From an uncultured Gammaproteobacteria bacterium (GTDB lineage Bacteria > Patescibacteriota > Microgenomatia > UBA8517): a stretch of DNA of 64,000 nt. Shown in pieces: positions 45,820 to 54,184 of this stretch; the first letter of the stretch is position 1; each line of letters starts with the position of its first letter. The stretch covers positions 3,934-67,933 of the forward strand of contig CAZYCE010000004.1 of NCBI GenBank assembly GCA_964645605.1. Reading direction: 5' to 3'. A program made the translations under genes and the position numbers. A model generated the notes under the pieces. That model was not told the origin of the DNA. It did not search any database and saw only the letters and a list, made by a program, of their open reading frames with translations.

Positions 45820-47118
45820 CTAAATTTCTCTTGCTCGATCGTCCACCTTAACCAAAAATCCTTGCAAATCTCGTCTTCCAATTATAAATACCTTCTTTAA
45901 TCCTTTACGGTTTGAAACTGAAGCAATCGTATTTATCCTTCTTCCGGCTAGAATGAAGCTAATGTTAATTACGGGTCTTTCTTCAGATCCTAAAGCACTT
46001 TTAAAAACCTTACTCCAAAGTATGTTATTTTTAATCAAAAGCCCGTTATCCTCTGCAAATGTTTTATCTATTGAGCTTCTCCAAGCCCCTGTATCAATTT
46101 TCGCCATAACTTCCACTTTGCGTTTATTGGGAAGAACTATTTTTATCATCTCTTCATTGTTAATGGTTTTTATCCCTGCCTCGATAGCCTTTTTATTCTT
46201 AAATCTGCCTGCAAAAAGGGCCTTTGCGATTCTTATTCCATGTTCCGCATCGGTTACCTCAAGGTCTTCAACTCTTTCAAGCCGTCTTTTTAATCCTTCA
46301 CCGTTAGCAAGTTGTATCTGAAGTCCGGGCTGGGCATTAAGTTCCAACACCATCGGACCCTTTTCCGGATGGACCACTATGTCTACTCCCAAATAACCCA
46401 AATGTGAGGCTTCCTGAGCCTTGACCGCAGTTTCCAAAATCAGATTCCAGTCGGGTATTTTTATCCCTCGTAAGACCCTCTCCGTACCGGGCCTGAACAC
46501 AATTTCCTCCCCATGCCAAATCGCCCTGGTGGTAATCCCCGTTGCAATGTCCACTCCTACCCCAATTGCACCCTGATGCAAATTGGCACGACCCCCCGAC
46601 TCCCGAGTGGGAAGCCTAAGCATAGCCATAATCGGGATTTTATTAAAAACGATTATACGAACATCAGGAGTACCCCGATATGCCCACCTTCGGAAAACTT
46701 CGGCTCTACCCACATACTCCTGAATGAAAGCGACATCCGGAATATTACCCATTGAATATGCACCCTCCAGAATGTCTAGGGTGTGGAGTTTAAGATCGTC
46801 CATCATTATCTTTTCCTTCTGCGTGGTTAACCAGCCACCGTCCTTAAGGCGTCTTTTAACAACAATTATGCCTTCTCCTCCCATTCCGCGGCTGGGTTTT
46901 AAGGCAAATTTCGGAGGAAGACTGTTCCAATCAAATTCAAGAACATCTCTAGGATCTGTAAATTTTTTGTAAATCTTTGGGTGGGCAACCTTAGCTTTTC
47001 TCAAAATTCTAGCTGTCTGGATTTTTGAATCGGCAATGTTTTTGCCGCTTTTGGTATTGTATCTGTAAGCAAATAATTGGCTTCTAGCATTTAGACCAAG
47101 AATAGATGAGGCTTTCAT
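45820..47118 (-). CDS. ATP-grasp ligase fused to a C-terminal retropepsin-like (RimB/PF05618-like) domain
   Basis: N-terminal LKPSRGMGGEGI, IQEYV, GRANLHQGAIG, LGVDIV...LELNAQPG; C-terminal 130 aa with the aspartic-protease-type AKIDTGAWRSS (D-T-G-A) motif. Confidence 0.65.
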   Translation of the reverse strand: MKASSILGLNARSQLFAYRYNTKSGKNIADSKIQTARILRKAKVAHPKIYKKFTDPRDVLEFDWNSLPPKFALKPSRGMGGEGIIVVKRRLKDGGWLTTQKEKIMMDDLKLHTLDILEGAYSMGNIPDVAFIQEYVGRAEVFRRWAYRGTPDVRIIVFNKIPIMAMLRLPTRESGGRANLHQGAIGVGVDIATGITTRAIWHGEEIVFRPGTERVLRGIKIPDWNLILETAVKAQEASHLGYLGVDIVVHPEKGPMVLELNAQPGLQIQLANGEGLKRRLERVEDLEVTDAEHGIRIAKALFAGRFKNKKAIEAGIKTINNEEMIKIVLPNKRKVEVMAKIDTGAWRSSIDKTFAEDNGLLIKNNILWSKVFKSALGSEERPVINISFILAGRRINTIASVSNRKGLKKVFIIGRRDLQGFLVKVDDRAREI

Positions 47119-47130
47119 TTCGAAACAGGC

Positions 47131-48042
47131 CTAAGACCTGATAAGCTTTCTAAAACGATAAAACTCCATTACCCGCAACCCGGTATACTTTCCGAGAATC
47201 AAATCGGCAACCGCAACCAGAATAAGGGATATTTCGGGATTTAAAAGAACATAGGCCCTTAAAGGCTGTAGCGTTAAAAATAGATATGAGATCGCCGAGA
47301 GGATCAATGTCTCAAAAGTCAAGTTGACCGCTGTTTTTGCGCTTTTCCCAAGTTGTACTCGACTAAAGTCCTCCGCCAAAAGAATTAATATTAAAACCGC
47401 GAATATCGAAACGTTCGCGAGTGCGGGAAAATTAAGCAAGGGAGCCATAAAAAGTACTCCCAAAACTCCAAGAACCACCGCCCAAAGAATAAAAGACATT
47501 TTGGGAAGATACTGCAGTTTAAGCTTAAGTTTACGGAGAAGTAAACGGACTGCGGTTGACACGGTAACAATAACCAGGAAAAGTCCGATTCCGACAACGG
47601 GGCCCGTTGCCACAAACACAACGGAAAGAGCCGCCGGCAGGAAAATTCCAAATCCGCGGATTCCAACAACATTCCTGGAAAATGCGATAACGAAGGTTAC
47701 TATTGGTAAAAGTAGAAGAAGAACAATAGTATTTACAGGAACTCCGGAAGCAACCGCTCCCCGGATAGCATACTTAATAGGATTAAACGGCCAAGTGGGA
47801 CCAAGTTTTTGATTTTTTAATATCAGCTCCAACGGACCCAGGGATTCCAGGCTTTTTTGTGTAATATCGATAGGCGCCGCTACCGGAGTTAATGCCGGCG
47901 TTGCCGAAGCTGTAGCCTCAGCTGAGGCTGTGGCAGTAGGTTCAGGAGTAAAAGTTTTGGCCGCGACAGCGACAGGCCTTAAGAGGCTAATTACGGCAAC
48001 CATAACAAGCAATAATGATAGTATTTTTCGCATGGGATCCAA
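47131..48042 (-). CDS. secreted-N-terminus 7TM membrane protein (signal peptide, Ala/Thr/Pro linker, seven TM helices)
   Basis: Signal-like ILSLLLVMVAVISLL...AVAA; linker TFTPEPTATASAEATASATPALTPVAAP; seven hydrophobic 16-22-aa segments; 12-nt gap to the downstream ATP-grasp gene. Confidence 0.6.
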   Translation of the reverse strand: MDPMRKILSLLLVMVAVISLLRPVAVAAKTFTPEPTATASAEATASATPALTPVAAPIDITQKSLESLGPLELILKNQKLGPTWPFNPIKYAIRGAVASGVPVNTIVLLLLLPIVTFVIAFSRNVVGIRGFGIFLPAALSVVFVATGPVVGIGLFLVIVTVSTAVRLLLRKLKLKLQYLPKMSFILWAVVLGVLGVLFMAPLLNFPALANVSIFAVLILILLAEDFSRVQLGKSAKTAVNLTFETLILSAISYLFLTLQPLRAYVLLNPEISLILVAVADLILGKYTGLRVMEFYRFRKLIRS

Positions 48043-48198
48043 TTTTTGGAAAGTGCGTATATTTTACCACAAGGAATGCAAAATTCCGAGTGGCAAGATC
48101 TTTTTGCGAAGCAAAAAGTAGACTTAACACAAATAAGGCCAAAGGTCCCTTAAAAAGTGATTGTGTATTTTTTAAAAAAATCAGCTAGAATTAGGCTT

Positions 48199-48235
48199 CG
48201 CCGCCAAATATTTCCCCCAAGGGGGATTTTCGGCG
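48199..48235 (+). promoter_or_regulatory. palindromic element CGCCG-N10-CCCCCAAGGGGG-N5-CGGCG in the divergent promoter region, 10 nt upstream of the ABC transporter start
   Basis: Perfect 12-nt palindrome nested in a 5-nt outer inverted repeat; operator or 5'-UTR hairpin candidate. Confidence 0.35.
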
Positions 48236-48244
48236 TTCAAAAAT

Positions 48245-49975
48245 ATGTTTAAAACACTGAAGATTTTTTTTAGGTTTATTTTTCGTAAAAAACTGGTTTA
48301 CATACTGGTTATTGCCCTTGTGGTTATAACCTCAATTCTCCAAAGCATTACTCCCTATTTTCTAAAACTCTTTGTAGACACGATACCCGAGCTCAATTAT
48401 CAAAGTTTACTCAATATTCTATTTGTATATATTGCCGTTGTGGCAGGCTCCCTCATCACTGACGTTGCAAGCGGATGGCTGGGAGATGTAGTGCTCCTTG
48501 ACGCGGCAAGGGATGCAAGAACAGAAATTTTTAAACATGTGCAGGATCTGGATTTCGGATTCCACTCGGGAAAATCCACCGGGAGTCTTATTTCCGCCTT
48601 CAAACGCGGAGACGGAGCATTCTTTGACTTATTTCAAACTCTACATTTCAATCTTTTGAGTGTAATCGTAACAACCTGCGTTATGGTCTTTTTCTTTACA
48701 AAAGTAAATCTCTATATTGCGATTTTGATGCTTGGTGCCGTTACTCTAACCGTAATTGCAACCAGATTTTTGATTATGAATAACGTCAGAAGACGGAATG
48801 AGTTTAACAATGTGGAGGATGTCGTTTCCGGAATCATTACCGACAATATGATTAATTACGAGACCGTAAAGCTTTTTGCCAAAGAAAAATGGGAGGTCAC
48901 AAGGTTAAAAGACGCATTTAAAAACTGGACAAAAAAACTTTGGGGTTATGCAAACTCATTCAGATATATCGATATCACACTGGGAATAATCATTAACACA
49001 AGCACATTTTTAGTAATGTTTATAATGCTTTCTCTTACCGCCAAAGGAACTATAAATGTAGGTGATTTTGTATTGATTGTTGGGTTTATCGGGATATTTT
49101 TTCCGAAACTCTGGAATTTGGTCTGGAGCACCAGAAATATCGCCAAAAACTACGCGGACTTGGAAAAATACTTCGGCCTTCTTGATGAAGCTATCGAGGT
49201 CGAAGATCCGAAAAATCCGGTCGTTATCGATCATGTATATGGTGAAATTGCTTTTAAAAATGTCAACTTTGCATACAAAAACAGGTCTAGGAACGCCATT
49301 AACAGACTCACCCTCAAGATTGAACAAGGCCAATCCGTTGCGCTTGTCGGTAGAAGCGGTTCCGGAAAAACCACGCTAGTTAAACTCTTAATGAGATTTT
49401 ATGACGTCACAAGTGGTGAAATCACAATTGATGGAATTAATATTAAAGACTTTACAAAAGATACATTGAGAGGATTTATCGGCATGGTTCCCCAGGAACC
49501 GATCCTTTTTAACAACACGATTGCATACAACATCGGCTATGGAAAAAATCATGCCAAACTAAAGGAGATTCGAGAAGCCGCAAAAATTGCCAATATTGAC
49601 GATTTTATTCAGAGTTTGCCAAAAAAGTACGAAACTGAGGTTGGCGAACGCGGAGTCAAACTTTCCGGGGGCCAAAAACAGCGCCTGGCTATTGCCCGCA
49701 TGATCCTAAGCGATCCCGATATTGTCATTTTTGACGAGGCAACAAGCCAGCTTGACAGTGAATCAGAAAAACTTATACAGGACGCTTTCTGGAAAGCCAG
49801 GGCCGGAAAAACCACTATTATTGTTGCCCACAGGCTTTCGACCATAATGCGCGCCGATAAAATTGTGGTCATGGAAAAAGGCAAAATTAAGGAAATTGGA
49901 ACTCACAAGAGCTTACTCGCCAAAAAGGATTCCCTTTACTCACATTTTTGGAATTTACAAATTAAATTGGACTAG
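48245..49975 (+). CDS. ABC transporter, fused permease/ATPase (MsbA/exporter type)
   Basis: Six-helix N-terminal TMD; NBD with Walker A GRSGSGKTT, signature LSGGQKQRLAIAR, Walker B IVIFDEATS, H-loop. Confidence 0.9.
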   Translation: MFKTLKIFFRFIFRKKLVYILVIALVVITSILQSITPYFLKLFVDTIPELNYQSLLNILFVYIAVVAGSLITDVASGWLGDVVLLDAARDARTEIFKHVQDLDFGFHSGKSTGSLISAFKRGDGAFFDLFQTLHFNLLSVIVTTCVMVFFFTKVNLYIAILMLGAVTLTVIATRFLIMNNVRRRNEFNNVEDVVSGIITDNMINYETVKLFAKEKWEVTRLKDAFKNWTKKLWGYANSFRYIDITLGIIINTSTFLVMFIMLSLTAKGTINVGDFVLIVGFIGIFFPKLWNLVWSTRNIAKNYADLEKYFGLLDEAIEVEDPKNPVVIDHVYGEIAFKNVNFAYKNRSRNAINRLTLKIEQGQSVALVGRSGSGKTTLVKLLMRFYDVTSGEITIDGINIKDFTKDTLRGFIGMVPQEPILFNNTIAYNIGYGKNHAKLKEIREAAKIANIDDFIQSLPKKYETEVGERGVKLSGGQKQRLAIARMILSDPDIVIFDEATSQLDSESEKLIQDAFWKARAGKTTIIVAHRLSTIMRADKIVVMEKGKIKEIGTHKSLLAKKDSLYSHFWNLQIKLD

Positions 49976-50120
49976 TAAAATTCCAAATAACAAATTACAA
50001 GTTCCAAACAATAAACAATCTAAAAATTACAATTTTATTTTGGATGCCAACATTTGTGATTTATAATTTTTGTCCCCTTTGTTTGTAATTTGGGTTCTTG
50101 GAATTTGGAATTTTTGAAGT

Positions 50121-50339
50121 TTATTCTTCCTTGGCCTGCATTCCGAGAAGCCAAAGGACAGCTTCCTTTTTGTATCTTCGATCTCCCCTGGAGTTAATGC
50201 GGATAGCCGGGAGCTTGCCACGTTTTCCCCATCTTTTGATGGTTAGGGGCGAAACACGGAGCAAATCGCTGACTTCACGAACCGTGAGTAAATCCGGGAG
50301 ATCTTCCAACTTGATTTTCTTTTTAGTATTTTGATCCAT
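50121..50339 (-). CDS. excisionase/Xis-family (HTH_17-like) DNA-binding protein
   Basis: LLTVREVSDLLRVSPLTIKRWGKRGKLPAIRI...GDRRYKKEAV: the helix-turn-helix pattern of excisionase-family binders. Confidence 0.55.
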   Translation of the reverse strand: MDQNTKKKIKLEDLPDLLTVREVSDLLRVSPLTIKRWGKRGKLPAIRINSRGDRRYKKEAVLWLLGMQAKEE

Positions 50340-50439
50340 TTATATATTGTCCCCTGCCTAAGACCTAACTATCTTAGTCAGAATATATCGAAGAGGTTCA
50401 CCACTGTCAATAGGGAATTTGTGGTTTAATGGCTGGTGA

Positions 50440-51060
50440 TTAAATACTGCCTATTATCACTTCCCCATCATGGAAAGTTTTAAATGGAATATTGTTCTTT
50501 TTGTAATAAAAAACCTCCTTACCCACTCCAGCGGATTCAGGGTGATCGGATTCAAAATGAGGCACAAACATATAATCTAAAATTCCCAAACCGTCCCAAA
50601 TAATTCCAGGGTCATATCCGGAACTTAAAACTTTCGGATCATCAACTATTTCCATACCCTTTAGGCCTGGAGAAAGTACGCAACATCCGGCACTATAGCC
50701 TGCATAGACAAAGTCAGGCTCGTCTTTTTGACCTATAAGCCATTTATCAAATTCGCTTTGGGAGAAAGCTCTTCGAAGTAAAAACACATTTCCGCCCCGG
50801 ACATAAATAGCTTTAAATTCGGATATTTTCTCTTTCAATTCCTCGGGCTTGCCAAAATATTTGCGTAAATCAATTTCGGCAGGGCTTAGTCCAGTTGATT
50901 TTAACTCCTTGTAGTTTTCCTGTATTCTCTCTTCCCTCAGCTCAACATCTAAAAAATCTATTGCATTGCCGATAACGGCAATTTTATTACCGTGTCCAAC
51001 CATTTCTGCCAATTTTTCCGGATGATTCCCAAGCCTGTATGAAGAAAGATAAAGTTTCAT
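50440..51060 (-). CDS. peptidase family S51 (dipeptidase E / cyanophycinase-like)
   Basis: IYVRGGNVFLLRRAF and YAGYSAGCCVLSP (nucleophile Ser region) typical of S51; 206 aa. Confidence 0.65.
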   Translation of the reverse strand: MKLYLSSYRLGNHPEKLAEMVGHGNKIAVIGNAIDFLDVELREERIQENYKELKSTGLSPAEIDLRKYFGKPEELKEKISEFKAIYVRGGNVFLLRRAFSQSEFDKWLIGQKDEPDFVYAGYSAGCCVLSPGLKGMEIVDDPKVLSSGYDPGIIWDGLGILDYMFVPHFESDHPESAGVGKEVFYYKKNNIPFKTFHDGEVIIGSI

Positions 51061-51221
51061 TTAAAGAAATTTCTCGTAAACTACAAAACTCCGCTTAAAG
51101 TGGTGTTTTGAGTATAACACTTGTTTCTTATTTTAATGAACAATCATTTATCATATTTTCATTGTTTCGTACTCTTACCTGTAATTGCTTGCAAGATCCG
51201 GTCTTAAACTATTATTTAATA

Positions 51222-51653
51222 ATGCCATCAAAATACTCCATTAGAACTCATGCTGAAAATACTACTTACCACATCTATAATTGTGGAGTTGAATAAAGAA
51301 AAATATTTTTAGATGAGCAAGATTATAAAGTTTTCTTAGGTTATTTAAAAGAATACTTATCCCCACCGGTAAAACCGGGGGACGTAAACAAAAAGGTATT
51401 CCGCTTGCGAGACCGGATCTTTGAAGCAGTACCGCAACTGCCCAATTATTACTTTAGCCAAATAGATTTACTCGCCTATTGTTTGATGCCAAACCATATA
51501 CATCTTCTAATTAAACAGAATGACGATAAAGTTTTAATCTACCGAAAAGCAGGAATAGCGATTCTTTATAGACCAAGTGAAAATAAAATTATAAACATTG
51601 CGCCTGTATCCAACACTTCCGTATCAGCAACACCAACGGTACAAGAAATTTAA
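51222..51653 (+). mobile_element. IS200/IS605-family (Y1 HUH) transposase remnant, frameshifted and C-terminally degenerate
   Basis: Frame A: MPSKYSIRTHAENTTYHIYNCGVE-stop; frame B continues KIFLDEQDYKVFLGYLKEY...IDLLAYCLMPNHIHLLI (HuH motif); no catalytic-Tyr region follows. Confidence 0.55.
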
Positions 51654-51735
51654 CCCATAACTGAACCCACAACTACTCCAACCGTTAAACCAACCATAGT
51701 TCCGGAAACCACGCCACAAGCAATCCCGTAAGAGA

Positions 51736-53010
51736 TTAGGCTACACGTTCTTTTAAAGCTGAGTAATACTTTTGAAGATAATCTTCTGCCCTGTCCCAAT
51801 GTTCCTCCCCCATACCGGCAAGTGCCAGATTCTTTTCCACGCCGGCCAATACTCTCAAACGTGCCGCCTTTGTAGCCTGAAGAAGCGAAATCCTATACAG
51901 TTCCGCCAAATGTTCGCACGCCAATTCTTCGGCATCAGCAGCCGCTTTAAAGGTATCTTTGCCCTTCATCTTTTTGGCAAAATCAACTTCCATTGAAGCG
52001 GCGATCTTGGGTTCAAAAGCAAGCTTTATCTCACCTTTTATAAGTTCGTAAAACTTTTTCATTTTTTCCTTTGCTTTATCCCATTTTTCATCATTTTCTT
52101 CAATTAATGCCTCAACTAAATATTTAACCGCTTCTTTTGCTAATTTCTTCGAAATTCCGTACTGTTCAATTAAATGATCAATTGCATAGTCCCTGAATCT
52201 GACACCTTCAGGAATTTTACTAAGCCTCCACCAGGAAAGCTCAAGTTTAGCGGTTAGTTTGGGGTCAAAAACAAAATGTGTAGCGCTATCATTCCCCCCA
52301 AACCTGCGCCTACGTCTTGAATAATCAAGCACAACATCGGCAAGTTTTCTTGGAGTCATGTCGGGAAGATTGGACTGCTCCCAATAATATTCCGCATAAT
52401 TCAGCTGCCAGGGCATAAAACCGCTGGTTCTTTGTTCTCCTGATGTCCTCAAAAAAAGATCAACGTACGGATAAGGCTGATCCCCTGTATCAAGATAGGA
52501 AGCAAAAAGCTTCTCGTCAATCTTATCCGCAGGTATTTTGTCGGTTGCAATTTTTTTGACGGCCCGGAGAATCTCATCGTGTCCGCCGTAGTCCAAAGCC
52601 ACATTGAAAATGTGGTTTTTGTTGTTCTTAGTTTTTTCTTCAACTTCTCTTATATATTTAACCAAATTTTCCGGTAGCCTATCTTTCCTGCCTAAATGAA
52701 CAAAGCGGACATCGTCGTCTTTGGCCTCATCCTCAACCACTTTAACCATCTTTTTAAAAAGTTTAAAAAGGTAAGATATTTCTTCTTGTGAGCGATCCCA
52801 ATTTTCGGTGGAAAATCCCCAAACCGTGAATGTATGAACCCCCCACTCCCGTGATGCCCTGGCCATTGCCATACCGGCATCAAAACCGGCCTTATGGCCT
52901 GATAAGGTAGGTAGTCCGCGGGCCCTGGCCCAACGCCTATTACCATCCAGAATTATTGCGATGTGGTTCGGAACAATCGTTCCTTTAGGAAGAGTAACTT
53001 TATCCTGCAT
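51736..53010 (-). CDS. uppS: undecaprenyl-diphosphate synthase (cis-prenyltransferase) with an about 170-aa helical C-terminal extension
   Basis: HIAIILDGNRRWA and SGFMPWQ motifs in the first 250 aa; remaining 170 aa is Lys/Glu/Ala-rich with no known domain. Confidence 0.8.
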   Translation of the reverse strand: MQDKVTLPKGTIVPNHIAIILDGNRRWARARGLPTLSGHKAGFDAGMAMARASREWGVHTFTVWGFSTENWDRSQEEISYLFKLFKKMVKVVEDEAKDDDVRFVHLGRKDRLPENLVKYIREVEEKTKNNKNHIFNVALDYGGHDEILRAVKKIATDKIPADKIDEKLFASYLDTGDQPYPYVDLFLRTSGEQRTSGFMPWQLNYAEYYWEQSNLPDMTPRKLADVVLDYSRRRRRFGGNDSATHFVFDPKLTAKLELSWWRLSKIPEGVRFRDYAIDHLIEQYGISKKLAKEAVKYLVEALIEENDEKWDKAKEKMKKFYELIKGEIKLAFEPKIAASMEVDFAKKMKGKDTFKAAADAEELACEHLAELYRISLLQATKAARLRVLAGVEKNLALAGMGEEHWDRAEDYLQKYYSALKERVA

Positions 53011-53677
53011 AACTTTTGATTATACCAGCAATGTCATCTCTGTTCACAATTTTCCAACCTTTTTCTTTTGCAATAGCCTTCAGTCGCGAGTTAGGTTCCA
53101 TTGCAAGAGGAAAATCTACCTTATTAAGCATGTCCGCATCGTTTTCTGAATCACCCACTGCAATCGAACCCACTTTTCCATACTTGGATATCAAATCAGA
53201 CACTATTCCTTTATTACCCCCCAAACTACGTTTCACTATTCCGGTAAACAGGCCATCTTTTACCTCCGCTATCGACGAAAGGTATTTTTTAACTCCAAAA
53301 ATGTTTCCCAAAGCTTCACACATAAACTGGAAATTGGTTGTTACAAAATAAATATCATAGGCGTTTTTAATTTTAAAGGTAACTTCTTCGAAATATGGAA
53401 AAAATTTGTCTTTATTGCGGATTAAAAGATCAGCAATATCCTTAAGTATGGTATCGTAGGTTTTTCCTTTAACTGCCTGAGCGTAAACATCAAGCATCCC
53501 ATCCGCCATCTGTTTGTAATTTTTTTTACCTGATTTATATTCGTTCAACTCAAAAAGAATTTTATCCCAGGTTCCCTTTGGAACTACTCTCCTCCTTTCT
53601 TGGTCCCGAATTTGATCAAAAATGGTATGCCCGTCATAAATTACTCCGTCTATGTCAAAAAGCGCCAGTTTTTTCAC
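53000..53677 (-). CDS. HAD-superfamily phosphatase (PSP/HAD-IB-like)
   Basis: LALFDIDGVIY (DxDG motif I); C-terminal GDSENDADM (motif IV). Confidence 0.6.
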   Translation of the reverse strand: MKKLALFDIDGVIYDGHTIFDQIRDQERRRVVPKGTWDKILFELNEYKSGKKNYKQMADGMLDVYAQAVKGKTYDTILKDIADLLIRNKDKFFPYFEEVTFKIKNAYDIYFVTTNFQFMCEALGNIFGVKKYLSSIAEVKDGLFTGIVKRSLGGNKGIVSDLISKYGKVGSIAVGDSENDADMLNKVDFPLAMEPNSRLKAIAKEKGWKIVNRDDIAGIIKSYAG

Positions 53678-54180
53678 AGTCTTTCCAATATTATTTTAAA
53701 CCAGGGTGTGTATTTTTTAGGATTTTTCTTTAAATCTTTCTCCAATTCTTTGATTCCTACCCATTCAAACCCTGCTACTTCATCAGGGTTGGGCTTGATG
53801 GGACCGTCATAAAACCCTAAAAAAACATGGTCTATTTCGTGTTCTCCCCAAACTTTGTTATCCATCTTAGCCTCGTATGTGAAGCCAAAAACTTCGGTAA
53901 GAGGGGTCTTAAAGCCCAATTCCTCGAAAATACGTCTTTCGGCAGCTTTTTGATAGGTTTCTTTCAGGTAAGGATGCGAACAAACCGCGTTGCTCCAGGA
54001 TCCACCCCAGGTGGGTTTGGTGAATGCCCGTTTTGCTATAAGCATCTTCTTTTTATCCGGACTAAGTATTACTATGGATATAGCCCTGTGAAGTGCGACA
54101 GGGATTTTGTGGGTAGCAAATTTCTCCTTAAATCCTAAAACATTATCTTTGTCATCCACCAGGACCATGGGTTTTTCCAT
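53674..54180 (-). CDS. idi: isopentenyl-diphosphate delta-isomerase type 1 (Nudix)
   Basis: LHRAISIVIL...WGGSWSNAVCSHP...RRIFEELG matches IDI-1 motifs, including the catalytic Cys. Confidence 0.8.
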   Translation of the reverse strand: MEKPMVLVDDKDNVLGFKEKFATHKIPVALHRAISIVILSPDKKKMLIAKRAFTKPTWGGSWSNAVCSHPYLKETYQKAAERRIFEELGFKTPLTEVFGFTYEAKMDNKVWGEHEIDHVFLGFYDGPIKPNPDEVAGFEWVGIKELEKDLKKNPKKYTPWFKIILERL

Positions 54181-54184
54181 AAAT

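Noticed and set aside
45820-47118. Calling the ATP-grasp-protease fusion a D-alanine-D-alanine ligase or carbamoyl-phosphate synthase fragment
   Set aside because: Motif spacing (GRANLHQGAIG, LELNAQPG) and the RimB-like DTGA C-terminal domain fit the RimK-related amidoligase clade better than Ddl or CPSase; still needs HMM confirmation.
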